Origin: a bacterium
Lineage (GTDB): Bacteria; Krumholzibacteriota; Krumholzibacteriia; G020349025
Direction of reading: 5' to 3'
DNA: 57,425 nucleotides
Assembly (NCBI GenBank): GCA_031362565.1
Contig: JANLSU010000005.1
Coordinates: 1 to 57,425 of the forward strand
A program made the translations under genes and the position numbers. The notes under the pieces were generated by a model that was given only the letters and a program-made list of their open reading frames with translations, did no database searches and had not been told where the DNA came from. Positions 8,580 to 18,480 of this stretch are shown here, piece by piece (positions within the stretch are counted from its first letter, which is position 1; the number at the start of each line of letters is the position of its first letter).

Positions 8580-11500
8580 TCAGTGCACGACCACGACCCG
8601 GGCTCTCGACGACCTCGGTCCGAGCACGAGTTGCGCGAAGTAGATTCCGGCCGCCACCCGCCGGCCTTGGCTCGTTCGATCATTCCAATCGACGCGATGT
8701 GTTCCGGCCACCCCCGTCACCGGGCCAAAGTCCTTCACGAGACGACCCGTGATGTCGAAGATCCGCAACTCCGGGCGGCCCGGAGCCAGGAGTTGATAGG
8801 TGAGAATGTGCCCGCTCTGCCGCGGTGACGGAGTGACGCCGATCAAGCCCTCGAAGCCGCTCTGCACCGTCGGGCCGTTCCACGGCCCCGACGTGACGAC
8901 GAGTTCCACACGGACGCGCCCGCCGGATGCCGGAGTCACGAATGTCGATCCGGGTTGGAGCGGCATTGCGACACCGCTCGGAAGAAGGAAATAGGCATGA
9001 CGGCCCGCCGGCAGCGACTCGACGCCCGAGCATTCGATCCCGACTCGATCCCCGGCACCGGACACGGTCACGATCCAATGACATTCTTCTTGTTCCGAGG
9101 CTTGAATGGAACGCAAGTAATCACCCGCGAAACGGCCCCAATCGCCGTGCTCGATCGCAATCGTGAGCGCCGATGCTCCTGGGAGCGGAGGGTGCGGCCA
9201 ATCCCAGGCATCGCGTCCCTCGCTGGCACCCAGGGCGGCGCCGACCCGCGCACCGCGCGCCGTGTGTCGACCGCTCTGCGCCGAGAAATCCAGTGTCCAA
9301 AGCGGTGCGGTTCGAACCGCGGCTGGAGTCGGAGGCTCGTGCGATCGGCTGGCGAAGTTGCATTCGTACAGGAAACGCACCGGCTCGTAGGCCAGAACGA
9401 GCCGCCCGGACCCGGCCTCCAAGGCCAGCGATTGGGTCGCGAGATCGGCCGCGATGAACGCACCATTGTTGACGAGGTCCCCGGAGGTGTCGCGCCAGTC
9501 GAAGGCGACAGGCGCAACCAGTGCCGAGTCGACGGCTTCGGCGATCGAAAACCGGCGGTTGTGCGCCTCGATGCAGAATGTGGCTCCGGTGCTGCCGCTC
9601 GAGTTCGGCGCGCCGAGAATGTTCCAGCCCGGAGTCAGTGATGCGGTGGGAGCACTCGCGGCGGTGCCCGCGAGCTCGAAATCGCCGGGAAGCGCGACGA
9701 CCGAGTTGATCCAGTAGCCCTGCGCCACGTCGTACACCGGGTCGAGCACCAGGTTCGACCCCACGACCGCGAAACCCTTCCAGGTGGATTCCCCGATCGG
9801 ACCCAGAATCGGTCCCAGGAGGTCGCTCAGACGCGGCTGCTGTACGCCCGGTACTTGCAGCACGCACTGCGATGACCAAAGTCCGTAGGCTCCAAGCGGT
9901 GCCAGTTGCGTTGCAAGCGGTCCGCTCGTGCACACGCCGCTCGAAAAGGTCGCGGCAATCGTGTGGTCGGCCGCAATAGCTCTGAACGTGTACGCGGCGA
10001 CTGCCCCAACCGAGGCGCCGTCCGCGACAACATCGGCGATCGCGCCGCCCGGGTCTGGCGTAATGACGAATGTCCGATCGGTGCCGCAGGCAACGCTCAC
10101 CGCGCCGCTCGGGCCGATCGTTCCGCCCGGACCCGCGGATGCCGTGATCGTGAGCGCCGCGACCGGAGCGAAGTTGGCCGCGATCGTATGATTGGTCAAG
10201 ACAGTGTTGAATGTGTGTGAACGCACCGCGCCGACGGAGATCCCGTCCACCAGAACGTCCGTGACACTGAAGCAAGAATCCGGGGTGATGGTGAACGTCT
10301 GGTCGCCGCCACAGACGACGGTCGTGTCACTGGGACTGATCCGGCCGCCGGGTCCGGCGGTGGCGGTAATCGCCAGGTTGTTGGCAACGGTTCGGAGCGT
10401 GAGTCCCGTGCCGTCATACAAGGTGTCGACGACCGCGTTTCCGTGTCCCGTGACGCTGATCGCGTCGAACCGGCCGACGCGGACTCCCGCACTCACAACG
10501 CGAAATTCGTTGCCGGCTGCGGTGCAGAACCCCGGGGCGAAGGCGACGTTGAGTGTGCCGCCCAGAGTTACGGTGCCGCTGACGGCGAGCTGGTCGTACT
10601 CCGTACCCACGGAGGTGCCGGCAATTTCGAGGCCGAGATCACTGGTTGAGGAGAACGGGCAGTTCCCGTTCACACTCAGGATTCCTCGGGGGAATCCGGG
10701 CGAGAGGGTGCCGTTGTTGGCGAAGGCGATTCCGGCAGCCAGCGTGCCGGTGCCGCGGATGATCCCACCGGCTGCATTGGTGAACAGGCCGCCGGTGAAA
10801 TCCACCCTGCGGCCGCCGTCGATCGTCAGGATGCCGGAGGTCGTGAAGGTCGAAGCCGCGGTCACCACGAGGTTGCCGCCGGTCACGTCGATCGTTCCGC
10901 TGCTGACGTGATCCGCTGCAGTCCTGTCGACATCCAGTTGATGTTCCAACAAGATTCGCCCCTGGTTGTCCACCTGGGCTCGGAGCGTGCGTCCCCCAAG
11001 TCCCGGCATCGCGCTGACGATGCCGCTCGGAGCGTTGACAAGAGTGCCGTTCGTGATTACGAGACTCGCGTCGGTATTGTCGCCGGCGTTGGCCAATCGC
11101 AGCTCGATCGACCCTTGGTTGGTGAAGCCTGTTGCGACCGTCAGTGCCGCCGCGACGCCGGGTTGGCCTCCCCGCCCTTCGATGAAAAGGAATGATCCGG
11201 CGAGCAACTCAACGGTCCGGTTCATCGCGGTGGTGCCCTGAACAATCGTCGTGCCGCGATTCTTGAACGGCGCGTCGATGGTGACCCGGTCCAGTAAGAC
11301 ATTCGATCCCGCGGCGCAGACGAGAGTGTCACCAGAAATCGTGCCATTGTTCGTGACAACGAGAGTACCGGCACCACGAACCGTGCCACCGGGTTCGGTG
11401 GTGAACGTGCCGCCATCGAAATTCAAGCGCCGGTTGCCGGCGATCGTGATGGTGCCGGAGTTCACGAAGCTCGAGGATCCGGCGTCCAGGTCGCCCCCCG

Positions 11501-13394
11501 TGACCTCGATCACACCGCGATTGATGTGATTCGCCGGCGCCTTGATCGTCAGAGAGCGGTCCAAGACCATCGAACCCCGGTTGTCGATTTGGGCACCGAG
11601 AGTGCGAGCACCGATGCCTGACACGGCACGAATTACACCGTTCGGCGCATTGACGAGACTGCCATTCGTTACAACGAGGATGGCGTCGGCATTGCCGCTA
11701 TCGGCCTGTCGCAACTCGATCGTGCCCTGGTTGATGAAACCCGTGTTGACGGTGAGCCCCCCATTCACACCGGGCTGGCCTCCCTGGCCCTCGATGGAGA
11801 TCGAGGACGTCGGGCCCGTGCTGACTGTTGTGTTGACCACTGAGGTGTTCAAGACCCGAAGAATGCCCTCGTTGTGCAGGGAACCCGTACCCGCAATCGT
11901 GCCGTTCGTAAGCGTGAGCTTGCCACTGGAACGCAATGAACAAGCGCCGGCCATCGTGAAGGTGGTATTCGTGATGTCGAGATTGTGAGTACCGGTGACA
12001 TCACCCAGGATCAATGAATGCACACTGGCCGGGGACGAAAGCGTCACCGTGTAGGAAGGGCCGGCGGCGGTGATGACGGCGTCGTCCGCGGGTCCCGGCA
12101 CGCCGTGATCCCATTTTGCGGCGTCGAACCAGTTGCCGCTAGAGGCGTTCTTCCATGCGGTCGTCACGGCCTGCAGCAGCACCGACACGCCGCCTTGCGT
12201 CACGGTTGCAGCGACGAGGTCGGTTCGGTTGTCGCCATTCAGGTCGGCGCCGCGCAGTGCGCCAAAAAAGGTGTTGAGCCCGGTGCCGCCGACGCTGAAT
12301 ACCCGCGACGAGCCGAACGTGCCATCGCCACCTCCGGTCGCTACAAAGACGGCGCCTGCAGGCGCGGAATGCGTCGCGATATCGAGGTGTCCGTCGGCAT
12401 CGAAATCCGCGACGATGGTTGCGGAGGTGCCGGCGATCGCCGCCCCCGAGATCAGGTCCGCGGCAAACGTTCCGCCGCCGGTCCCCAGCAGGACGTGGGT
12501 GCCGGACCCGGCCGACGTCGCGACCAGGTCGATGGTTCCGTCTTCGTTGACGTCGGCGGCGCCGACCGAAAACGGCGTGTTCACCGGCAGCGAAACCGGC
12601 GGGAAGAACCCGCCCTGTGCACTGCCAAAGGCCACGCGGACAGCGTTTTGATTCCGGAATGCCGCCGCCAAATCGGGAAGCCCGTCGCCGTTTAGGTCCC
12701 GCAGGATGAAGGGCGAATCAGAGTAGAAGCCCGGAACTCCCCCGTTCGGGGTGAATGTCCCATTCCCAAGGCCGAGATAGACAAACATCGCGTTGTCGTC
12801 GCGTCCGGCGACCACGAGATCGAGGTTGCCATCCACATCGAGATCCCCCACCGCAATGTTGCCGTCGCTGCCGCCGGTCGCAAACACCAGTCCGGGCGAG
12901 GCAAACCCACCGGCGCCGTCACCGAGCTGAACCGTGACCAGGTTGCCGGTACAACCATTGCCCGATCCGCCTTCGGTCATGACCAGATCCAGTTTCAGGT
13001 CGTTGTTGAAATCGGCCGCCTGGATCTCGGCGATGTTGTGCAGCCAACAGCCGACGCCGGGGTCGAAAACAGTGGGTGGTCCGAAGTTCCCGCCGCCGGT
13101 GCCCAAGAGCACGCCGACCCTCGCCGGCGTCTGATTGTCCGCGGCGTTGAAGCCGGCGGCAATGTCTTGCACACCATCCGCGTTGAAATCGCCGACCGTC
13201 ACGGTCACGGTGTTCCGCGGTCCGGCGGGGCTGATCGGATGGCTGACGAATGGCGCGAACGACGCCCGTGCGAAACAGACACCGGCGCTCGAGAGCAGCA
13301 CGAGCCCCGTCGCCGGCGCCCAAGACCGCACCGCCCGTGCGACCCCGAAGAGACCCGCGTGACCCATCGCACCACTCCTGTACAGTGAGCCCAC
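8580..13394 (-). CDS. Large secreted surface protein: FG-GAP/VCBS propeller, beta-helix-like stalk, two InlB-B-like repeats, shared ~440-aa C-terminal module ending in a FlgD-Ig/CTD-like tail
   Basis: Signal-like N-terminus (start may be ATG 13367). Seven D(F/L/V)(N/D)xDGxxD-type repeats, a G/T/N-rich stalk, ITA(T/S)AGPGGxI..DV..DG.SVGAV twice, and the tail LRIFDITGRLV..W..G.RVAAGIYF. Confidence 0.85.
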   Translation of the reverse strand: MGSLYRSGAMGHAGLFGVARAVRSWAPATGLVLLSSAGVCFARASFAPFVSHPISPAGPRNTVTVTVGDFNADGVQDIAAGFNAADNQTPARVGVLLGTGGGNFGPPTVFDPGVGCWLHNIAEIQAADFNNDLKLDLVMTEGGSGNGCTGNLVTVQLGDGAGGFASPGLVFATGGSDGNIAVGDLDVDGNLDLVVAGRDDNAMFVYLGLGNGTFTPNGGVPGFYSDSPFILRDLNGDGLPDLAAAFRNQNAVRVAFGSAQGGFFPPVSLPVNTPFSVGAADVNEDGTIDLVATSAGSGTHVLLGTGGGTFAADLISGAAIAGTSATIVADFDADGHLDIATHSAPAGAVFVATGGGDGTFGSSRVFSVGGTGLNTFFGALRGADLNGDNRTDLVAATVTQGGVSVLLQAVTTAWKNASSGNWFDAAKWDHGVPGPADDAVITAAGPSYTVTLSSPASVHSLILGDVTGTHNLDITNTTFTMAGACSLRSSGKLTLTNGTIAGTGSLHNEGILRVLNTSVVNTTVSTGPTSSISIEGQGGQPGVNGGLTVNTGFINQGTIELRQADSGNADAILVVTNGSLVNAPNGVIRAVSGIGARTLGAQIDNRGSMVLDRSLTIKAPANHINRGVIEVTGGDLDAGSSSFVNSGTITIAGNRRLNFDGGTFTTEPGGTVRGAGTLVVTNNGTISGDTLVCAAGSNVLLDRVTIDAPFKNRGTTIVQGTTAMNRTVELLAGSFLFIEGRGGQPGVAAALTVATGFTNQGSIELRLANAGDNTDASLVITNGTLVNAPSGIVSAMPGLGGRTLRAQVDNQGRILLEHQLDVDRTAADHVSSGTIDVTGGNLVVTAASTFTTSGILTIDGGRRVDFTGGLFTNAAGGIIRGTGTLAAGIAFANNGTLSPGFPRGILSVNGNCPFSSTSDLGLEIAGTSVGTEYDQLAVSGTVTLGGTLNVAFAPGFCTAAGNEFRVVSAGVRVGRFDAISVTGHGNAVVDTLYDGTGLTLRTVANNLAITATAGPGGRISPSDTTVVCGGDQTFTITPDSCFSVTDVLVDGISVGAVRSHTFNTVLTNHTIAANFAPVAALTITASAGPGGTIGPSGAVSVACGTDRTFVITPDPGGAIADVVADGASVGAVAAYTFRAIAADHTIAATFSSGVCTSGPLATQLAPLGAYGLWSSQCVLQVPGVQQPRLSDLLGPILGPIGESTWKGFAVVGSNLVLDPVYDVAQGYWINSVVALPGDFELAGTAASAPTASLTPGWNILGAPNSSGSTGATFCIEAHNRRFSIAEAVDSALVAPVAFDWRDTSGDLVNNGAFIAADLATQSLALEAGSGRLVLAYEPVRFLYECNFASRSHEPPTPAAVRTAPLWTLDFSAQSGRHTARGARVGAALGASEGRDAWDWPHPPLPGASALTIAIEHGDWGRFAGDYLRSIQASEQEECHWIVTVSGAGDRVGIECSGVESLPAGRHAYFLLPSGVAMPLQPGSTFVTPASGGRVRVELVVTSGPWNGPTVQSGFEGLIGVTPSPRQSGHILTYQLLAPGRPELRIFDITGRLVKDFGPVTGVAGTHRVDWNDRTSQGRRVAAGIYFAQLVLGPRSSRARVVVVH

Positions 13395-13412
13395 CGCTGC
13401 TTCGCAACCGCC

Positions 13413-15005
13413 TCAGAGCGCCGGCTTGAACAGCAGCAGGTTGCCGCGCTGCGTTTCGTTCGGATGGTAGAGGTGGCAGGTCGTGCACCGGTTGGATGCC
13501 TCGTCCGGCTTATGGCACTCGCGGCAATTCTGGATGCCGGGAATGTTCTGGATCGAGGCGGTATCCATCGCCGGATCGAATTCTTTTCCGGCCAGCATCT
13601 CGTCGGTCATCGGGATCGAAGTGTGGCAGGCGAGGCATCGGCGATCGACGATGTGGGCGGCGTGATCGAACTCGGTGCGGCGCAGAGTTCGCTGGTCGGG
13701 CGTCACACGCAGGAGTGCGCCGTCGACGAGTTGGTGGCACTCCGTGCACTTGAGCGCCAAATGCGCCGCCAACGTGTCGAGCGCCGCCTGCCGTGCCGCC
13801 CCGGCCGCCGGGACGCCGCTCGCCGCGACCGAGAATGCCGGATCCGAACCCAGATCGTTGTTGGCGCTTCGCACCTTGCGACGGGCGACGGTGAGCAGCG
13901 AGTCGATCCACTGCAGTTCGGTCACGATCTCGGGCTCGGGCCGCCCGCGGAGACCCATCGCGTAGCCGTCCAGAGTTTGAATCGCTTCGCGATAGAGCTG
14001 CGTCGACGGCACGCCCTCATTGGCGCCGAATTTCACCAGGTCCGCCAGTCCCGCATTGGGGTAGATCCGCCGGCGAATCTGCCGCAAGTTCTCGAGAATC
14101 CACGGGTCCTCGTGGTAGATCGGCGACTTCTTCACCTTGTCGCCGCGCTGTGTGAACTCACTCGGGCTCGAATAGTAAGCCCAAGTGGTGCCGGGGCCGC
14201 CGCGCGCGCGGATCATCTCGAGCGTCTCGACACCGGGTGCTGTTGGGTCGGCGGCTTGGCGCACCGGCAAGAGATCGGTCTTGATGCCGGGTGTCAGATG
14301 GCACTGCGCGCAGTGCACCTCGAAGTCGATGGGGCGGAAGTGTTTGCCGTCCGGCTCCGCAACGTGGCAATAGATGCAAGCTTGCTCGGCGTTGGGCTCC
14401 TGAGTCAGCCGCATGACTTCCGCCAGATGCCGGCGATGCGTAAAGTGCAGTGTTTCGGAATCCGGAATGCGGTCGCGCACGAACTGGAATTCCGGGTGCT
14501 TGCGATTGAAGGACCCGTAGTCGTGGCAACCGAGACACTCCTGGTCACTCATGCGGGTGATCTGCGCCTCTCGCCCGCGGTGCTCGGTGTGGCAGTCGGC
14601 GCACGACTGAACGCTCCCGTGGTGCTTTTCGACCATGAGCGCCGCGCGTTTGGCATCGCCCGACCGGTACACCGAGTGCGCCGCGGCGCTGTAGACCCCG
14701 AGTGCATCGCCGGTCTTTTCATGGCAGATCGAGCATTTCTGGTCGGCGACTCCCTTCGCCGGCGTGTGGCATTTCATGCAACTGGTCTCGATGCGGGCAT
14801 GGGCCGAACTGAGCGGGCCGCCGGACACGAAGCGGCTCTTCAAGAAGACGTTGTCGACGATGACGTACGCGACGATCGCGAGCACGGCGTAACAGCCGTA
14901 TTGGGCGAGCCGCCACTTCCGGGGCATGACGTAGGCCTTCGCGACGCGCAGCCCGGCGCCGGAGAACTGCCCCTTCTCACGATCCGTCCTTTTGGAGCCC
15001 GGCAT
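13413..15005 (-). CDS. Membrane-anchored decaheme c-type cytochrome
   Basis: Ten CxxCH motifs (CMKCH, CSICH, CADCH, CLGCH, CIYCH, CAQCH, CTECH, CLACH, CRECH, CTTCH). N-terminal TM YAVLAIVAYVIV. ATG 15005 preferred to the ORF-track start, which overlaps the upstream gene. Confidence 0.9.
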   Translation of the reverse strand: MPGSKRTDREKGQFSGAGLRVAKAYVMPRKWRLAQYGCYAVLAIVAYVIVDNVFLKSRFVSGGPLSSAHARIETSCMKCHTPAKGVADQKCSICHEKTGDALGVYSAAAHSVYRSGDAKRAALMVEKHHGSVQSCADCHTEHRGREAQITRMSDQECLGCHDYGSFNRKHPEFQFVRDRIPDSETLHFTHRRHLAEVMRLTQEPNAEQACIYCHVAEPDGKHFRPIDFEVHCAQCHLTPGIKTDLLPVRQAADPTAPGVETLEMIRARGGPGTTWAYYSSPSEFTQRGDKVKKSPIYHEDPWILENLRQIRRRIYPNAGLADLVKFGANEGVPSTQLYREAIQTLDGYAMGLRGRPEPEIVTELQWIDSLLTVARRKVRSANNDLGSDPAFSVAASGVPAAGAARQAALDTLAAHLALKCTECHQLVDGALLRVTPDQRTLRRTEFDHAAHIVDRRCLACHTSIPMTDEMLAGKEFDPAMDTASIQNIPGIQNCRECHKPDEASNRCTTCHLYHPNETQRGNLLLFKPAL

Positions 15006-15015
15006 GGCCTTTCCT

Positions 15016-15861
15016 TCAGTAGTAGAGCACCGCGTACAAATGGATGAGGACCGCACCGAGCAGCAACACGGACGCGGGCACGTGCGTGTAGAGCCACCAC
15101 CGCAGGGTACGTTGTAGGGTGTACTGTGCATCGAGTTCGAGTTTGGCGCGGAACAGCGTCGACAGACGGTCGAGCTTTTTTCCTTCTTCATCGTCGAGAA
15201 CGCTGCCGACATAGTACCACTCACGCATGCGCGCCCCGACCCCGCCGGTGATGTCGATACAGTAAATGGCGCGTGGCGCGACTCCGGCCATCGCCGGTGC
15301 CATCGTCTCTTCGTAGAGCCGGCGCACCGGCTCGCCCGCGGTCATGACGAGGTTCTCGCACTCCTGCCGCATCTCGTCGATCAGGTCCGGAATACGTTCG
15401 TAGACCGCTTCCAGCGACAGGCCCGAGCTCAGCAATCTCGGGATCCATTTCTGAAGCAGCACGCCGATTGCGCCGCTCAGGCTCACCCACACCGATAGGG
15501 TCCAAAGCACGATGTTGAGCGGACCATGCGGGAAAACGAAACCCGAGTGCATGAGCATGAAGAGCAGAAAGAGTCCGCCGCCGTACACGTGCAGGAGAAG
15601 CCATTGGCGCGTCCGCCCCAAATCGCGCTGCATGGTGCGGCGCCGGACGCCGTACGCCGCCACCACCGCCATGGCGATCGTCGCGAGCGTGCCATAGGTG
15701 AGGCCCCAGGCATTGCCCGGTTCCACGTCCGCGACCAGCACATTGACGAGGAACACCAGGCCTGACAGGGCCGCGACCAACAGAGTCCCGCGCCGCCAGC
15801 GGCGCAGAGTCGCGCTGCGGACGGCACGGGCGTGTGGCTTGGCCTTGGCGGGTCCACTCAT
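15016..15861 (-). CDS. Integral membrane protein with four TM histidines (putative di-heme b / ferric-reductase-like subunit)
   Basis: Several TM helices with WLLLHVYGG, MLMHSG, WLYTHVP and VLIHLY. ATGA overlap with the upstream gene. Heme b binding is inferred. Confidence 0.7.
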   Translation of the reverse strand: MSGPAKAKPHARAVRSATLRRWRRGTLLVAALSGLVFLVNVLVADVEPGNAWGLTYGTLATIAMAVVAAYGVRRRTMQRDLGRTRQWLLLHVYGGGLFLLFMLMHSGFVFPHGPLNIVLWTLSVWVSLSGAIGVLLQKWIPRLLSSGLSLEAVYERIPDLIDEMRQECENLVMTAGEPVRRLYEETMAPAMAGVAPRAIYCIDITGGVGARMREWYYVGSVLDDEEGKKLDRLSTLFRAKLELDAQYTLQRTLRWWLYTHVPASVLLLGAVLIHLYAVLYY

Positions 15862-17483
15862 ACGCGCTCCGTCCCACGCACGACGAGCTGCTGAAATTCA
15901 TCCGGGCTGCCAACCCGCACCGCGCAGCCCTGCGGGCAGCTCCGGACACAAGCCGGGTCTTCGCCCGCCTGCAGGCATTGATCGCACTTTGTCGCGACCT
16001 GCTTGTTTTGTCCGTGCTTCGGATGGTCCTCGGGCCACTTCTCGGTGGTCTCGTACATCGTGATCGCGTCGTAGGGGCATTTGCTGTAACAGCTCCGGCA
16101 GCCGATACAGAGGTCTTCGGTGATTTCGACGATTTCGCGGACATCCGCCCGGTGGATGGCGCCGGTCGGACAGCCGATCAAACAGACCGGATCCATGCAA
16201 TGAAAACAGGCGCGCGTGATCAGCAGATTGGCGTACTTGTTCCCTTCGCGCACGAAGCGTGGCACGTTGTCGTGCGTCGCAGCGCAGGCCCGCACACAAT
16301 CGTCGCAACGGGTGCACAGATCGAGGTCGATGACGAGGATGCTGGTACCCTCGACGAGCCCCTGGCCGATGGCGCTGTCGATGAACTCGGCGCGGCCGGC
16401 ATTGCGCCGCGCATAACCCGTTTCCTTGATGCGCGCCGTCGCGACTTGCCACAATCGGCTCTCCATCGCCGGATGGCGGCGCAGGAGTGCCTCGAAGTCC
16501 GGACGCGCGATCTGTACCAGCTCGGTGTTCGCCACCGACGACGCCGTCCACAACCAGCCCGGGGACGGCGACAGGAGTAGCTCCGCTTCCCCCAGGGTCA
16601 TGCCTTTCGACAAGTAGGACACCGCGGCGTCTCCTGCCGCGACATTCTGCGCCAGCCGCAAGAACCCGGAGCGCACGAGGTACATGGCGTCCACCGGCTC
16701 GCCTTGCCGGACCAGTTCTTCCTTCGGGCCGAGCGACACGAGATTCACTGTTTGCGCGAGGGCTTCGAGAAATGCGTCGTCACATTCGGCGAGCAGCGGC
16801 GTGCGCCGCAGCTGCGCCGACAGCGAGCGCCGCCGGTAAATGGTGTCGATCTGCTGCTTGAGCGCCGCAGATTTCTTCTTCATCAGGGTGATGGCCGGTA
16901 CACGGATTTGCACCAGGCGGCTGTCCATCGCCGTGCGCGCCGTCACCGACTGCGGCCAGCCGTTCAGGGCGCCGATCTCGCCGAAGAACTCCCCGGCACC
17001 GAGACGCTTGGGCGGTGTGCCACGCGGCAGATCGAAATCCATCGCGGTCAGCAGAGTGACGCTGCGATCCCGGGTCTGCTTCTCGACCTGATTTTGGAGC
17101 ACCGTCCGGCCGGCTTCGGCGTCACCGCCAACGCGGGCGCCCGGGCGGCCGTCGCGCGGCGGTGTGACGCGGACGTCGAAGATCGGGATGGTGAGGTCAC
17201 TGCCGCCTCGCACATTTTCGAGATAGACGTCGACTGCACCGCTCACGACCCAGAATGCGACATCGAGATAGGAACCCTCCTCGAACAGCACGCTCCCGGC
17301 CTTCCAGTTCGCGACCCTGACGTCCGGAGCGATGGCGGCGAGCACTTTGTCGTCGTAGCTCTGGAAGATCATGAGCTGCCGCAGTTCTTGAACTCCGAGT
17401 GGCGGGTCGAGTCGGACGCGATCGTCGTCTGGGTTGGACCAACGGTCCCACCGCGCCTCGTCCGGTTCTCTCTTGGGGCTCAT
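15858..17483 (-). CDS. Tandem cyclic-nucleotide-binding domains fused to an NrfC/DmsB-type 4x[4Fe-4S] domain
   Basis: cNMP motifs LFEEGS..GEFFGEIGAL and VRQGEPVDAMYLVRSG..GMTLGEAELL. Cys groups CTRCDDCVRAC, CFHCMDPVCLIGCP, CIGCRSCYSKCP, CDQC..PACVRSCP. No signal peptide. Confidence 0.92.
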   Translation of the reverse strand: MSPKREPDEARWDRWSNPDDDRVRLDPPLGVQELRQLMIFQSYDDKVLAAIAPDVRVANWKAGSVLFEEGSYLDVAFWVVSGAVDVYLENVRGGSDLTIPIFDVRVTPPRDGRPGARVGGDAEAGRTVLQNQVEKQTRDRSVTLLTAMDFDLPRGTPPKRLGAGEFFGEIGALNGWPQSVTARTAMDSRLVQIRVPAITLMKKKSAALKQQIDTIYRRRSLSAQLRRTPLLAECDDAFLEALAQTVNLVSLGPKEELVRQGEPVDAMYLVRSGFLRLAQNVAAGDAAVSYLSKGMTLGEAELLLSPSPGWLWTASSVANTELVQIARPDFEALLRRHPAMESRLWQVATARIKETGYARRNAGRAEFIDSAIGQGLVEGTSILVIDLDLCTRCDDCVRACAATHDNVPRFVREGNKYANLLITRACFHCMDPVCLIGCPTGAIHRADVREIVEITEDLCIGCRSCYSKCPYDAITMYETTEKWPEDHPKHGQNKQVATKCDQCLQAGEDPACVRSCPQGCAVRVGSPDEFQQLVVRGTERV

Positions 17484-17487
17484 GCGC

Positions 17488-18480
17488 TCACCTCCCGATT
17501 TGACCGTAGAGTTGCTCGAGGCGTTTCTTGACGACGAGCAAGAGTTCTCGAACGGACGCACTGTCGGCGACCGCGGGCCGCGGCGGCAGCACGACCGAAA
17601 CCGGCTCGGACGCCGCGGGTACGACGGACCCCGGACTTGCGGCGCGCGACGGGGGTGGAATGTATTCGCTGGGCGGCGGCGGCGCGGACGGCGCGACGCG
17701 TTCTGGAGCCGCCGTGGTTGGCGCTACCGGCGCCGGCGGCGTGGCTGGCGCCGTTCCTCCGGAGGGCGGCGTCGCCGCGCCAGGCGTCGGCGCCACTGCC
17801 GCCGCAACTTGCTTCGGTGCCGGCGGCGGTGCGGGCGGTGGCGGCGTCTTCCCGACCGGTCCGCGCTTCGCCTTGGCCTGTTGGAACGCCGCCGGATCGG
17901 TCTCGGGCGACACGATGGCGCGCTTCCAATGCGCGCTCACCTTGCGCATTCCCAGGCCGTAGTCGAAGTTCGCGCCACTCGGGTGGCCGGCCGCAAGCAG
18001 CTTCTGATCCACGACGTAGTGGCAGCGAACGCAGGCCTCCGAACGCACCTTCAGATCCTTGAGCTTCGCCATGCCGGATGCGACCCCAAGGTCGTAGCCC
18101 TTGACGTGCGGTTCCTTGTACGCGCTCCCGGGCCCGTGACAGCTCTCACAGCTCACTGGTTCGTCGACTTCGGATTCCTTGCCGAACACCACCGTACCGT
18201 GACACGACATGCAGTTGCTCTTCTTGCCATTGAACACGTCGTCGGATGCGAGACCGTACTTGCCGGCGATCTCGTCGACGCGCTTTTGGTTGTCGTAGAG
18301 CAGGTCGATCGATGCGTGATGCTTGTCCTTGCTCCACCAAGCGTTTTCCTTGCCGCCGTGGCAGCTTGTCGTGGTCACGCCGCAGCCGGGCGATCCGAGG
18401 ACGCGGCTCTGGGCTCGCGCGGTGTCCGTACCACACAGAGCCGCGGCCACGAACAGAACAAAGGGGATGGCCTGCTTCAC
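17488..18480 (-). CDS. Periplasmic multiheme cytochrome c (c554-like, 3 CxxCH + 1 CX6CH) with Pro/Ala-rich tail
   Basis: Signal peptide (VKQAIPFVLFVAAALCGTDTARA). CGVTTTSCH, CMSCH, VSCESCHGPGS, CVRCH. GTGA overlap with the upstream stop. Confidence 0.85.
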   Translation of the reverse strand: MKQAIPFVLFVAAALCGTDTARAQSRVLGSPGCGVTTTSCHGGKENAWWSKDKHHASIDLLYDNQKRVDEIAGKYGLASDDVFNGKKSNCMSCHGTVVFGKESEVDEPVSCESCHGPGSAYKEPHVKGYDLGVASGMAKLKDLKVRSEACVRCHYVVDQKLLAAGHPSGANFDYGLGMRKVSAHWKRAIVSPETDPAAFQQAKAKRGPVGKTPPPPAPPPAPKQVAAAVAPTPGAATPPSGGTAPATPPAPVAPTTAAPERVAPSAPPPPSEYIPPPSRAASPGSVVPAASEPVSVVLPPRPAVADSASVRELLLVVKKRLEQLYGQIGR

